Assembly (NCBI GenBank): GCA_963737375.1
Contig: CAVTSP010000028.1
Span: forward strand, 97,090 to 161,089
Length of the DNA stretch: 64,000 bases
Direction: 5' to 3'
Source of the DNA: an uncultured Actinomycetota bacterium
Lineage (GTDB): Bacteria > Actinomycetota > Actinomycetes > Mycobacteriales > Mycobacteriaceae
The translations under genes and the position numbers were made by a program. Position 1 is the stretch's first letter; the number at the start of each line of letters is the position of its first letter. The notes under the pieces are model-generated. The model had not been told where the DNA came from and searched no databases. It worked only from the letters and a program-made list of their open reading frames with translations. Below, one piece after another: positions 52,237-59,947 of this stretch.

Positions 52237-54846
52237 GTGGTGAGTCGACCAGCCCCACCCATTCTGACCATCTGGCACAACGGCTCAGAAAGCACCTTCG
52301 TGCCGGGTCACGACGTGATCATCGGACGCGACCTGCGTGCCGATGTCCGGATTGCGGACCCGCGGATTTCTCGCGCGCACCTGATCCTGCGTTTCGAACA
52401 GGGCAAGTGGGTTGCCATCGACAACGGCTCGGTGAACGGGACGTTCGTCAACGGCTACCGCCGACCGGTGGTTGACATCCAGGACGGGCAAAGCATCAAC
52501 ATCGGCAACGCGGGAGGGCCGCTGCTGACGTTCGAGATCGGGGCGCGCCGAGGTAGAGGCGGACCACCGCCGACCCCCGCGCAACAGACGATGTCCTGGT
52601 CCACGCCGGCCCGTCCCGTGGCGCCGCCGGTCCAGCCGCCGCCGCCGCCGGCGCCCGTCGCGCGGCGCCGACCCGCCCCACCGGTCAGGCCGGCGCCGCC
52701 GCTGTCACCGTCGGAGTACCCCACCACAGTCCAGGGCGGCCGCCCGCCTGCCGGACCACCGCCCGACGAGGTCACGGTGACCAATGCGCGCCCTGCGCCG
52801 GCGCAACACAATGTGCCACCCACCGAAGTCACCATGCTCGACGCCCGCGTTGGCGAGGACGCGAATTTCGCCACCCGCTTCGTCAAACGCATCACGCCGC
52901 GGGCGACGCCATCCGCCAAGCCCGCCGGCTCGGTCACGATCGGCCGGGCGTCGGACAACGACATCGTGATCCCCGACGTGCTGGCCTCCCGCTACCACGC
53001 AACGCTGACCCTGACGCCGCTCGGCACCGAGATCCGCGACACCAGCGTCAACGGCACGTTCGTCAACGGCACCCGGGTCGGCTCGGCGATCCTCAGCGAA
53101 GGCGACGTCGTCACCGTCGGCAACATCGACCTGGTGGTCAACGGTGGCCTGCTGGTCCGGCGCAGCGAAACCGAGGCCGCCACCCGCACCGGCGGCTTGG
53201 AGGTGCGCAACGTCCAGTACGTCGTCGAGAACGGCAAACAACTGCTCAGCGACATCTCACTGATCGCGCGTCCGGGAACGCTGACTGCGGTGATCGGCGG
53301 ATCGGGCGCGGGCAAAAGCACCCTGGCCCGCTTGATCGCCGGCTACACGACGCCCAGCTCCGGGTCGGTGACGTTCGAGGGCCACGACATTCACGCCGAG
53401 TATGCGTCGCTGCGCAGCAGAATCGGCATGGTCCCGCAGGACGACGTCGTGCACCGGCAGCTGACGGTCAACCAGGCGCTGAGCTACGCAGCCGAACTGC
53501 GGCTGCCGCCTGACACCAGCAAAGCCGACCGGACCAAGGTCGTCTCGCAGGTGCTCGAAGAACTCGACCTGACCAAGCACGCCCACACGCGGGTCGACAA
53601 GCTCTCCGGCGGACAGCGCAAACGCGCCTCGGTGGCGCTCGAGCTGCTCACCGGGCCGTCACTGCTCATGCTCGACGAGCCCACTTCCGGATTGGACCCG
53701 GCGCTGGACCTGCAGGTCATGACGATGCTGCGCCAGCTCGCCGACGCGGGCCGGGTGGTGCTCGTCGTCACGCACTCGCTGTCCTATCTCGACGTCTGCG
53801 ATCAGGTACTGCTGGTCGCGCCGGGCGGAAAGACCGCCTACTGCGGACCGCCGGACGGCATCGGCGACGTCATGGGCACCACCAACTGGGCCAAGATCTT
53901 CAGCCAGGTCGGCGCCGATCCTGAAGAGGCCAACCGCCGGTTCCGGGAACGCGAGGAGCCGCAGCCTCCATCGAAATCGGACACACCGGCCGACCTGGGC
54001 GAGCCGGTCCACACCAGCGTCCCCCGCCAGATCTCGACGATCGCCCGCCGGCAGGTTCGGCTCGTCGTCGCGGACCGCGCATATTTCATTTTCCTCGCGC
54101 TGCTGCCGTTCATCCTGGGGGCGCTGTCGCTGACCGTGCCGGGTGACACGGGATTCCGCGCCACTGGCCCGCATACCGGGACGCCTGACGAGGCCGCACA
54201 GATCCTGGCGTTGCTGCTGCCGGCTGCGGCGTTCATGGGTGTCGCGCTGACGATCCGCGACCTGGTCGGTGAACGCCCCATCTTCCAGCGCGAGCAGGCA
54301 GTCGGGCTGTCGACGACGGCGTACCTGCTGGCCAAAACGCTGGTGTTCTGCGGATTCGCGATTCTGCAGGCAGCCATCGTCACCACGATCGTGGTAGTCG
54401 GCAAGGGCGCACCCAGCAGTGGGGCGGTGCTGCTGGGCCACTCAACGGTCGCGGCAACCGGCGAGCTGTTCCTGACCGTTGCCGCGGCGTGTGTCGCCTC
54501 GGCCGTTCTGGGCTTGGCCATCTCGTCGCTGGTCCGCTCCAGCGAGCAGATCATGCCGTTGTTCGTGGTCGCGGTAATGGCGCAATTGGTGCTGTGCGGC
54601 GGCATGGTCCCGGTGACCGGCCGGCTTGGTCTGGACCAGCTGTCCTGGCTGATGCCCGCGCGTTGGGGCTACGCGGCCGCGGCCTCCACCGTCGACCTTC
54701 GGCATCTGGTGCCTCCGACGCTGCTCCCCCAGGACCAGTTCTGGCAGCACACCCGACATTTCTGGCTGCTCGACATGGGCATGCTGGCCGGACTGACGGT
54801 GTTCTACGCGTGCTTCGTCCGGTGGAAAATCCGGCTGCGACGCTAG
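52237..54846 (+). CDS. ABC transporter with two N-terminal FHA domains, NBD and ABC-2/ABCG-like permease (Rv1747-like)
   Basis: FHA-1 (GRDLRADVRIADPRISRAHLILRFEQGKWVAIDNGSVNGTFVNG), Pro-rich linker, FHA-2 (IGRASDNDIVIPDVLASRYHATL...DTSVNGTFVNG). NBD (GGSGAGKST, LSGGQRKRASVA, LLMLDEPTSGLD), then 6 TM helices. GTG 52237/52240 is preferred; the longest ORF starts at 52087. Confidence 0.9.
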   Translation: MVSRPAPPILTIWHNGSESTFVPGHDVIIGRDLRADVRIADPRISRAHLILRFEQGKWVAIDNGSVNGTFVNGYRRPVVDIQDGQSINIGNAGGPLLTFEIGARRGRGGPPPTPAQQTMSWSTPARPVAPPVQPPPPPAPVARRRPAPPVRPAPPLSPSEYPTTVQGGRPPAGPPPDEVTVTNARPAPAQHNVPPTEVTMLDARVGEDANFATRFVKRITPRATPSAKPAGSVTIGRASDNDIVIPDVLASRYHATLTLTPLGTEIRDTSVNGTFVNGTRVGSAILSEGDVVTVGNIDLVVNGGLLVRRSETEAATRTGGLEVRNVQYVVENGKQLLSDISLIARPGTLTAVIGGSGAGKSTLARLIAGYTTPSSGSVTFEGHDIHAEYASLRSRIGMVPQDDVVHRQLTVNQALSYAAELRLPPDTSKADRTKVVSQVLEELDLTKHAHTRVDKLSGGQRKRASVALELLTGPSLLMLDEPTSGLDPALDLQVMTMLRQLADAGRVVLVVTHSLSYLDVCDQVLLVAPGGKTAYCGPPDGIGDVMGTTNWAKIFSQVGADPEEANRRFREREEPQPPSKSDTPADLGEPVHTSVPRQISTIARRQVRLVVADRAYFIFLALLPFILGALSLTVPGDTGFRATGPHTGTPDEAAQILALLLPAAAFMGVALTIRDLVGERPIFQREQAVGLSTTAYLLAKTLVFCGFAILQAAIVTTIVVVGKGAPSSGAVLLGHSTVAATGELFLTVAAACVASAVLGLAISSLVRSSEQIMPLFVVAVMAQLVLCGGMVPVTGRLGLDQLSWLMPARWGYAAAASTVDLRHLVPPTLLPQDQFWQHTRHFWLLDMGMLAGLTVFYACFVRWKIRLRR

Positions 54847-55347
54847 ATGCACCCGCCCAAGCACGAGACGTTCGACCTGCGCGCCCGCACCAACACCGAC
54901 CCCAAAGGGATCGTGCGGGCGGTCGATGAGTACACCGTGCAACCCTGGGGCCTCTACGTGGCCCGCCCCACCCCCGGCCGCGCGCAGTTCCACTACCTCG
55001 AATCGTGGCTGCTGCCGTCATTGGGATTGCGGGCGACGGTCTTTCATTTCAATCCCGGGCACGAGCGCGACCAGGATTACTACCTGGACGTCGGTGAATA
55101 CACGCCCGGCGCAAACGAGTGGACCTCCGAGGACCACTATCTCGATCTCGTGGTCCGCACCCATGTCGGGGTGGATCTGGTCGACGTCGACGAGCTGCTG
55201 GATGCGGTGCGGCACGGCCTTTTGACGCCCGAGACCGGCGAAGTGGCGGTCCGCCGCGCGACCGCCGCCATCGACGGCCTGGCCCGCAACCGCTACGACC
55301 TGAACGCGTGGCTCACCGACGAAGGCATGCAGCTCATGTGGCATTGA
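54847..55347 (+). CDS. DUF402-family protein (position of Rv1632c)
   Basis: 166 aa. The ATG immediately follows the ABC transporter stop (TAGATG). The blocks FHYLESWLLP...YYLDVG...DHYLDLVV...VDVDEL resemble DUF402/FomD-like proteins as I recall them. Confidence 0.6.
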   Translation: MHPPKHETFDLRARTNTDPKGIVRAVDEYTVQPWGLYVARPTPGRAQFHYLESWLLPSLGLRATVFHFNPGHERDQDYYLDVGEYTPGANEWTSEDHYLDLVVRTHVGVDLVDVDELLDAVRHGLLTPETGEVAVRRATAAIDGLARNRYDLNAWLTDEGMQLMWH

Positions 55348-55370
55348 ATTCTGTTGCAGGAAAATCTCAT

Positions 55371-55805
55371 TCAGACGGCAAGCAGGCGGTCGAAGAATTC
55401 GCGGTAGTGCATCAGAGCCATGCGCAGGTCTTCAGTGGAGGCCTCGTTGCCGTGCGACCACTGTCCTTCAAGCCGTGACCGCGTCTCGGCGAATCCAGAG
55501 GTGAGCTGCTCGACCACGTCGGAGACCAGGTGGTCCGCCTTTTGGACGCACTCCTTGGGGTTGTCCACGAACGCCGCCTGAACGCCGGCCCACCTGGCAC
55601 GTAGATCCGCGACGTCCTCGCCAGCGAAAAGCTTTTCTCCGCTTGTTGATTCGTGCTCCGGTGGCATCGCGTCGACGTCGTCAGCAGCGGGTCCCGACTC
55701 GCTCGCGTTCACCCTGCTCTCGTCTTCGGCCTGGGGTTCGTCGGCGACGGGCGCCGCGAACTCTTCGGATACATCGTCAACGGCGTGTTGTTCGTGGGTG
55801 GTCAT
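55371..55805 (-). CDS. Acidic hypothetical protein, paralogue of the upstream gene
   Basis: 144 aa. It shares RxRWxxVQAxFVDNPxxxVxxADxLVxxV and TExxRxAxxHYRxxFxRLL blocks with the 189-aa neighbour. The ATG overlaps that gene's stop (ATGA 55802..55805). Confidence 0.65.
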   Translation of the reverse strand: MTTHEQHAVDDVSEEFAAPVADEPQAEDESRVNASESGPAADDVDAMPPEHESTSGEKLFAGEDVADLRARWAGVQAAFVDNPKECVQKADHLVSDVVEQLTSGFAETRSRLEGQWSHGNEASTEDLRMALMHYREFFDRLLAV

Positions 55806-56371
55806 GCGCTTGCCTCCTGTGATGCTGCGTTGTCGGTCGGGGTTTCGAGCAACCTCTCGAACAGCGCGCGATAGTGCACAAACGCCTCCCGCTGTTCCTC
55901 GGTGTTCGCCTCCTGCTCCGAGACGTGGATACCGTGCGCCGCCCGGTAGTCGTCCACGATCTGCGGATGGTCGACGGAGATGTCCGCGGCGCGGCGGTCG
56001 AAATCGTCCACCGGATAACCCCGTTGGCGCATCACCTCAGTCACCAAACGGTCCGCGACACTGACGGCCGTCGCGGGATTGTCCACGAACCCGGCCTGCA
56101 CCTCTTGCCAGCGGTCGGTGAATTCCGAGAGCGCTGACGGGGTGAGCGGAACGATGTCGAGCTTGTCGCGCTTGCGTTGGCGCGTCGTGAGTTCGCGCAC
56201 AGCGCCTTTCTCGCTTCCGGTCTCGTCGACCACCCGCTCGTATTCGGTGCCGTAGTGCTGTTTGAGCCGCTTCGTCTTAGTGCGAAAGCTGATCATGCTT
56301 ACTGCGACTACCGCAGAGACGACCACCACGACGGCTACGGCCACGATCAGGATCCATTCCCAGATAGGCAT
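55802..56371 (-). CDS. Membrane-anchored hypothetical protein, paralogue of the downstream gene
   Basis: 189 aa with an N-terminal TM helix (WEWILIVAVAVVVVVSAVVAVSMI), then TDRWQEVQAGFVDNPATAVSVADRLVTEVM and TEEQREAFVHYRALFERLL. Confidence 0.65.
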   Translation of the reverse strand: MPIWEWILIVAVAVVVVVSAVVAVSMISFRTKTKRLKQHYGTEYERVVDETGSEKGAVRELTTRQRKRDKLDIVPLTPSALSEFTDRWQEVQAGFVDNPATAVSVADRLVTEVMRQRGYPVDDFDRRAADISVDHPQIVDDYRAAHGIHVSEQEANTEEQREAFVHYRALFERLLETPTDNAASQEASA

Positions 56372-56569
56372 CGCGCCCTCCTTTCATACGTATGTCGAAT
56401 AACCCGCGAGTCCGCGATGCAAACGCCTATTTGTGAACTGCTGCACAACATCGCGCGGAAACTCAGTCGACCACCGTAAGAGGGGTGGCACTACACCCCT
56501 AGGGGGGATCTCTGAGATCTCGGGTACGCGAAGCCGAAGAGGAGGAGACTTGGGATACCGACCCAAAGG

Positions 56570-56998
56570 GTGGCGGTAATCTGTGCGGTCATGGGCACGA
56601 CGTACAGATGGGCGGCAATCGCGACAGCGGTTGCCTGCGCGCAGCTGATTCCCGCGACGGCACGAGCCGACATGCACAACATCACCTACGTCGCGCGGAT
56701 CGACGGCGTAGCTCCCGGTAGTCAGGCGACCTTCATCACTGCCGAGAATCAGACGAACATGGCCCAGCTCAGTTCGTTTCCCGGCAACGCTTTCCAGGCC
56801 AGCGCAGTCTTGGCGGATCCTCGTCACGCCGGCATGGAGGTAGCGGTGAAGTGGCCGTATTCCGCGAGCGTGCATTGTGAAATCGACGTCGACGACAAGG
56901 TTTTCGTGCAGATCGACCAAGTGGTCCACCCGGCACCCGGCAGCGCCGACCCGATGAACGGCGTGTTGCCCTGCGGCGCACCGCTGCCCACTCCTTAG
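56570..56998 (+). CDS. Small secreted hypothetical protein
   Basis: Signal-peptide-like N-terminus (TTYRWAAIATAVACAQLIPATARA/DMH), a mature part of ~110 aa with two Cys. ATG 56591 is an alternative start. The 3' end overlaps the coaE stop by 4 nt (convergent). Confidence 0.55.
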   Translation: MAVICAVMGTTYRWAAIATAVACAQLIPATARADMHNITYVARIDGVAPGSQATFITAENQTNMAQLSSFPGNAFQASAVLADPRHAGMEVAVKWPYSASVHCEIDVDDKVFVQIDQVVHPAPGSADPMNGVLPCGAPLPTP

Positions 56999-58215
56999 GC
57001 CGGCCGCCAACCCGACGCGTCCGCCCAGGCCCACGCCTGGCGGTAGGCCTCGAGGAACCACGGCTCTTTCGCGGCCATGTAGTCCTCGATACCGCCGTTA
57101 GGTGTTGCTGCGCGCTCGGCTTCCCGCTTGACTGCCAGATAATGTTGCCGCGCATCGGGATTGGACGCCAGCCAGTCGACGAACAGCAGCGCGAACTGCT
57201 GATTGGGCCAGCCGGCGACCCGCAGATGGACGTAGGTCGGGCGCCCCGGATCGGCCGATGCGTGAATCCGCTTGTGCCACAGTGCTTCGTCGCCGACGTG
57301 GTCGAACTCAGGCACAGTGCTGCGCGAATCCGGCTTGCTCACGTCCGCGGTGATCGGCATGCGCAGATATCCCGCGTTGGTCAGCGCCTCGGCCAACTCG
57401 TCGGCGGCGTCTAGCGAGGCGACCGTCACCTGGACGTCGATGGCGTCCTTGGCGTCGACCCCCTCCACCGCCGTCGAACCGATGTGGTCGATGCGGACAG
57501 CGTGGTGTCCGCACGCGGTGTTCAGCCGTGCCACGATACGGCGGGCCTGTTCTGGCCAGGATGGGTCATAGGGCACCAGCACCGGGCGCGCGCGGGCCGG
57601 CTCACCGGCCTCGAGGTTGCGCGCGAACGGCAGGATCCGCTGATGCCACAGCTCACGCGCCTGCTCGACCAATTCCTCTGAGCTGCCGGTGTTGTCGAGC
57701 CACACGTCGGCGACCGCTCGACGCTGTTCCTCGGTGGCCTGTGCGGCGATCCGGGCTCGGGCGTCCTCCTCGGTGAAGCCCCGGTGTTCGACCAACCGCT
57801 TAACCCGGAGGTCTTCGTCAGCGTTGACGATCACCACCAACGGGAACATCGGCGCCATTCCGGATTCCACGAGCAGCGGGATGTCCTCCACCACCACGGC
57901 GTCCTCGCCGGCACTGGCGATCAATTCGGCCCGGCGCTTGCCGACCAGCGGATGCACGATGCCGTTCAACGTCTGGCGCTTCTCCTCGTCGCTGAAGGCG
58001 ATCGCGGCCAACGCCGGACGGTTGAGCGAGCCATCGTCGGACAGGATCTGGTCACCGAACGCCTCGACCAGCTTGGCCAGGCCCTCGGTGCCCGGCTCGA
58101 CGACCTCACGGGAGATCACGTCGCCGTCGACGACGACTCCCCCGAGATCGCTCAATGTTGAGGACACGGTCGACTTTCCGGCGCCGATCCCGCCGGACAG
58201 GCCAATGCGCAGCAC
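56995..58215 (-). CDS. coaE: Dephospho-CoA kinase fused to a GrpB/UPF0157 domain
   Basis: MLRIGLSGGIGAGKST (P-loop), followed by a ~200-aa C-terminal extension as in the mycobacterial CoaE (Rv1631-like). Confidence 0.93.
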   Translation of the reverse strand: MLRIGLSGGIGAGKSTVSSTLSDLGGVVVDGDVISREVVEPGTEGLAKLVEAFGDQILSDDGSLNRPALAAIAFSDEEKRQTLNGIVHPLVGKRRAELIASAGEDAVVVEDIPLLVESGMAPMFPLVVIVNADEDLRVKRLVEHRGFTEEDARARIAAQATEEQRRAVADVWLDNTGSSEELVEQARELWHQRILPFARNLEAGEPARARPVLVPYDPSWPEQARRIVARLNTACGHHAVRIDHIGSTAVEGVDAKDAIDVQVTVASLDAADELAEALTNAGYLRMPITADVSKPDSRSTVPEFDHVGDEALWHKRIHASADPGRPTYVHLRVAGWPNQQFALLFVDWLASNPDARQHYLAVKREAERAATPNGGIEDYMAAKEPWFLEAYRQAWAWADASGWRPA

Positions 58216-58270
58216 CGCACCAGTGTGTCAGGGCGCCGCTGGGCTGAATCCTCCGGCTCGCGCCGGAATG

Positions 58271-58306
58271 ACGAACGCCCCGACTCGTCTGAGCCGGGGC
58301 GTTCGT
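58271..58306 (-). terminator. Strong hairpin 14 nt downstream of the rpsA stop
   Basis: ACGAACGCCCCG (58271..58282) and CGGGGCGTTCGT (58295..58306) form a perfect 12-bp stem, and the 12-nt loop can pair further (CTC/GAG). No U tract. Confidence 0.6.
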
Positions 58307-58319
58307 TCGGATCTAACTG

Positions 58320-59759
58320 TCAGGCGCTGCCTGCGAGCTTCTCCCGCAGTGCGGCGAGCTGCGCGTCGCTGGCCAGTGAGCCACCGGTGGGCGCGTCGTC
58401 GCTCGACGAGCTGCTCGACTGCGGCCGGGCGGCCTCTTCGGCCTCGGCAGCGGCGAACTTCTCCATCTGCGCGGTGTGCATCTTGTGCCGCCGCTCGGCC
58501 TCGGCGTAGCGGGCCTCCCACTCGGTGCGCTGCGTGTCGAAACCGTCGAGCCACTCGTTGGTTTCGGCGTCGAAGCCCTCGGGGAAGATGTAGTTGCCCT
58601 GGTCGTCGTAGCTGTCGGCCATGCCGTACTTGGCGGGGTCGAATTCCTCGGTGTAGTCCTCGTTGGCCTGCTTGAGGCTCAACGAGATCCGGCGACGCTC
58701 GAGGTCGATGTCGATGACCTTGACCATCGCGTCGTCACCGACGGCGACAACCTGGTCGGGCACCTCGACGTGACGCTCAGCCAGCTCGGAGATGTGCACC
58801 AGGCCTTCGATGCCTTCTTCGACACGGACGAACGCACCGAACGGCACCAGCTTGGTGACCTTGCCCGGCACGATCTGGCCGATGGCGTGGGTGCGGGCGA
58901 AGTGCCGCCACGGGTCTTCCTGAGTCGCCTTGAGCGACAACGAAACCCGCTCGCGGTCCATGTCGACGTCGAGCACCTCGACGGTGACCTCGTCGCCGAC
59001 GGTGACCACCTCGGACGGGTGGTCGATGTGCTTCCAGGACAGCTCGGAGACGTGCACCAGGCCGTCGACGCCGCCGAGATCGACGAACGCGCCGAAGTTG
59101 ACGATCGAGGACACCACACCCTTGCGGATGGCGCCCTTCTGCAGCTGGTTGAGGAACTCGCTGCGGACCTCGGACTGCGTCTGCTCCAGCCACGCACGGC
59201 GGGACAGCACCACGTTGTTGCGGTTCTTGTCCAGCTCGATGATCTTGGCTTCGATCTCCTTGCCGATGTACGGCTGCAGATCGCGGACTCGGCGCATCTC
59301 GACCAGCGACGCAGGCAGGAAGCCACGCAGGCCGATGTCGAGGATCAGACCACCCTTGACGACCTCGATGACGGTGCCCTTGACGGCCTCGTCCTTCTCC
59401 TTGAGGGCCTCGATGGTGCCCCAGGCGCGCTCGTATTGAGCCCGCTTCTTGGACAGGATCAGCCGGCCTTCTTTGTCCTCTTTGGTGAGGACGAGGGCTT
59501 CGACTTCATCTCCCACGGAAACGACCTCATTGGGGTCGACGTCGTGCTTGATGGACAGTTCGCGAGAAGGGATGACGCCTTCGGTCTTGTAGCCGATGTC
59601 GAGGAGAACCTCGTCCCGGTCGACCTTGACGATGGTCCCTTCGACGATGTCGCCATCGTTGAAGTACTTGATTGTTTTATCGATGGCGGCGAGAAAATCC
59701 TCGCTCGAGCCAATGTCGTTGATGGCTACTTGCGGCGAGGTGACGGTGGGACTCGGCAT
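58320..59759 (-). CDS. rpsA: 30S ribosomal protein S1
   Basis: 479 aa with four S1 repeats (GDIVEGTIVKVD, GTVIEVVKGGLILDIG, GVVSSIVNFGAFVDLG, GKVTKLVPFGAFVRVE). Confidence 0.98.
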   Translation of the reverse strand: MPSPTVTSPQVAINDIGSSEDFLAAIDKTIKYFNDGDIVEGTIVKVDRDEVLLDIGYKTEGVIPSRELSIKHDVDPNEVVSVGDEVEALVLTKEDKEGRLILSKKRAQYERAWGTIEALKEKDEAVKGTVIEVVKGGLILDIGLRGFLPASLVEMRRVRDLQPYIGKEIEAKIIELDKNRNNVVLSRRAWLEQTQSEVRSEFLNQLQKGAIRKGVVSSIVNFGAFVDLGGVDGLVHVSELSWKHIDHPSEVVTVGDEVTVEVLDVDMDRERVSLSLKATQEDPWRHFARTHAIGQIVPGKVTKLVPFGAFVRVEEGIEGLVHISELAERHVEVPDQVVAVGDDAMVKVIDIDLERRRISLSLKQANEDYTEEFDPAKYGMADSYDDQGNYIFPEGFDAETNEWLDGFDTQRTEWEARYAEAERRHKMHTAQMEKFAAAEAEEAARPQSSSSSSDDAPTGGSLASDAQLAALREKLAGSA

Positions 59760-59947
59760 ATTGTTGGGTTGCTCCGGACAGGTTGAGGTCGTAGGGACAA
59801 AAGCTGGATTTAATTCGATCGCCCGGAATTGCTGCCGGACTACCGTGTCGAGGCTACTCGACTAGGCCTACGCAGGCCAAACCCGGCCCACCGGCGTCTC
59901 CTCGTCGCAAACCGGCGAATTCGTCGTGATCGGTCGGCGGCAAGGCC

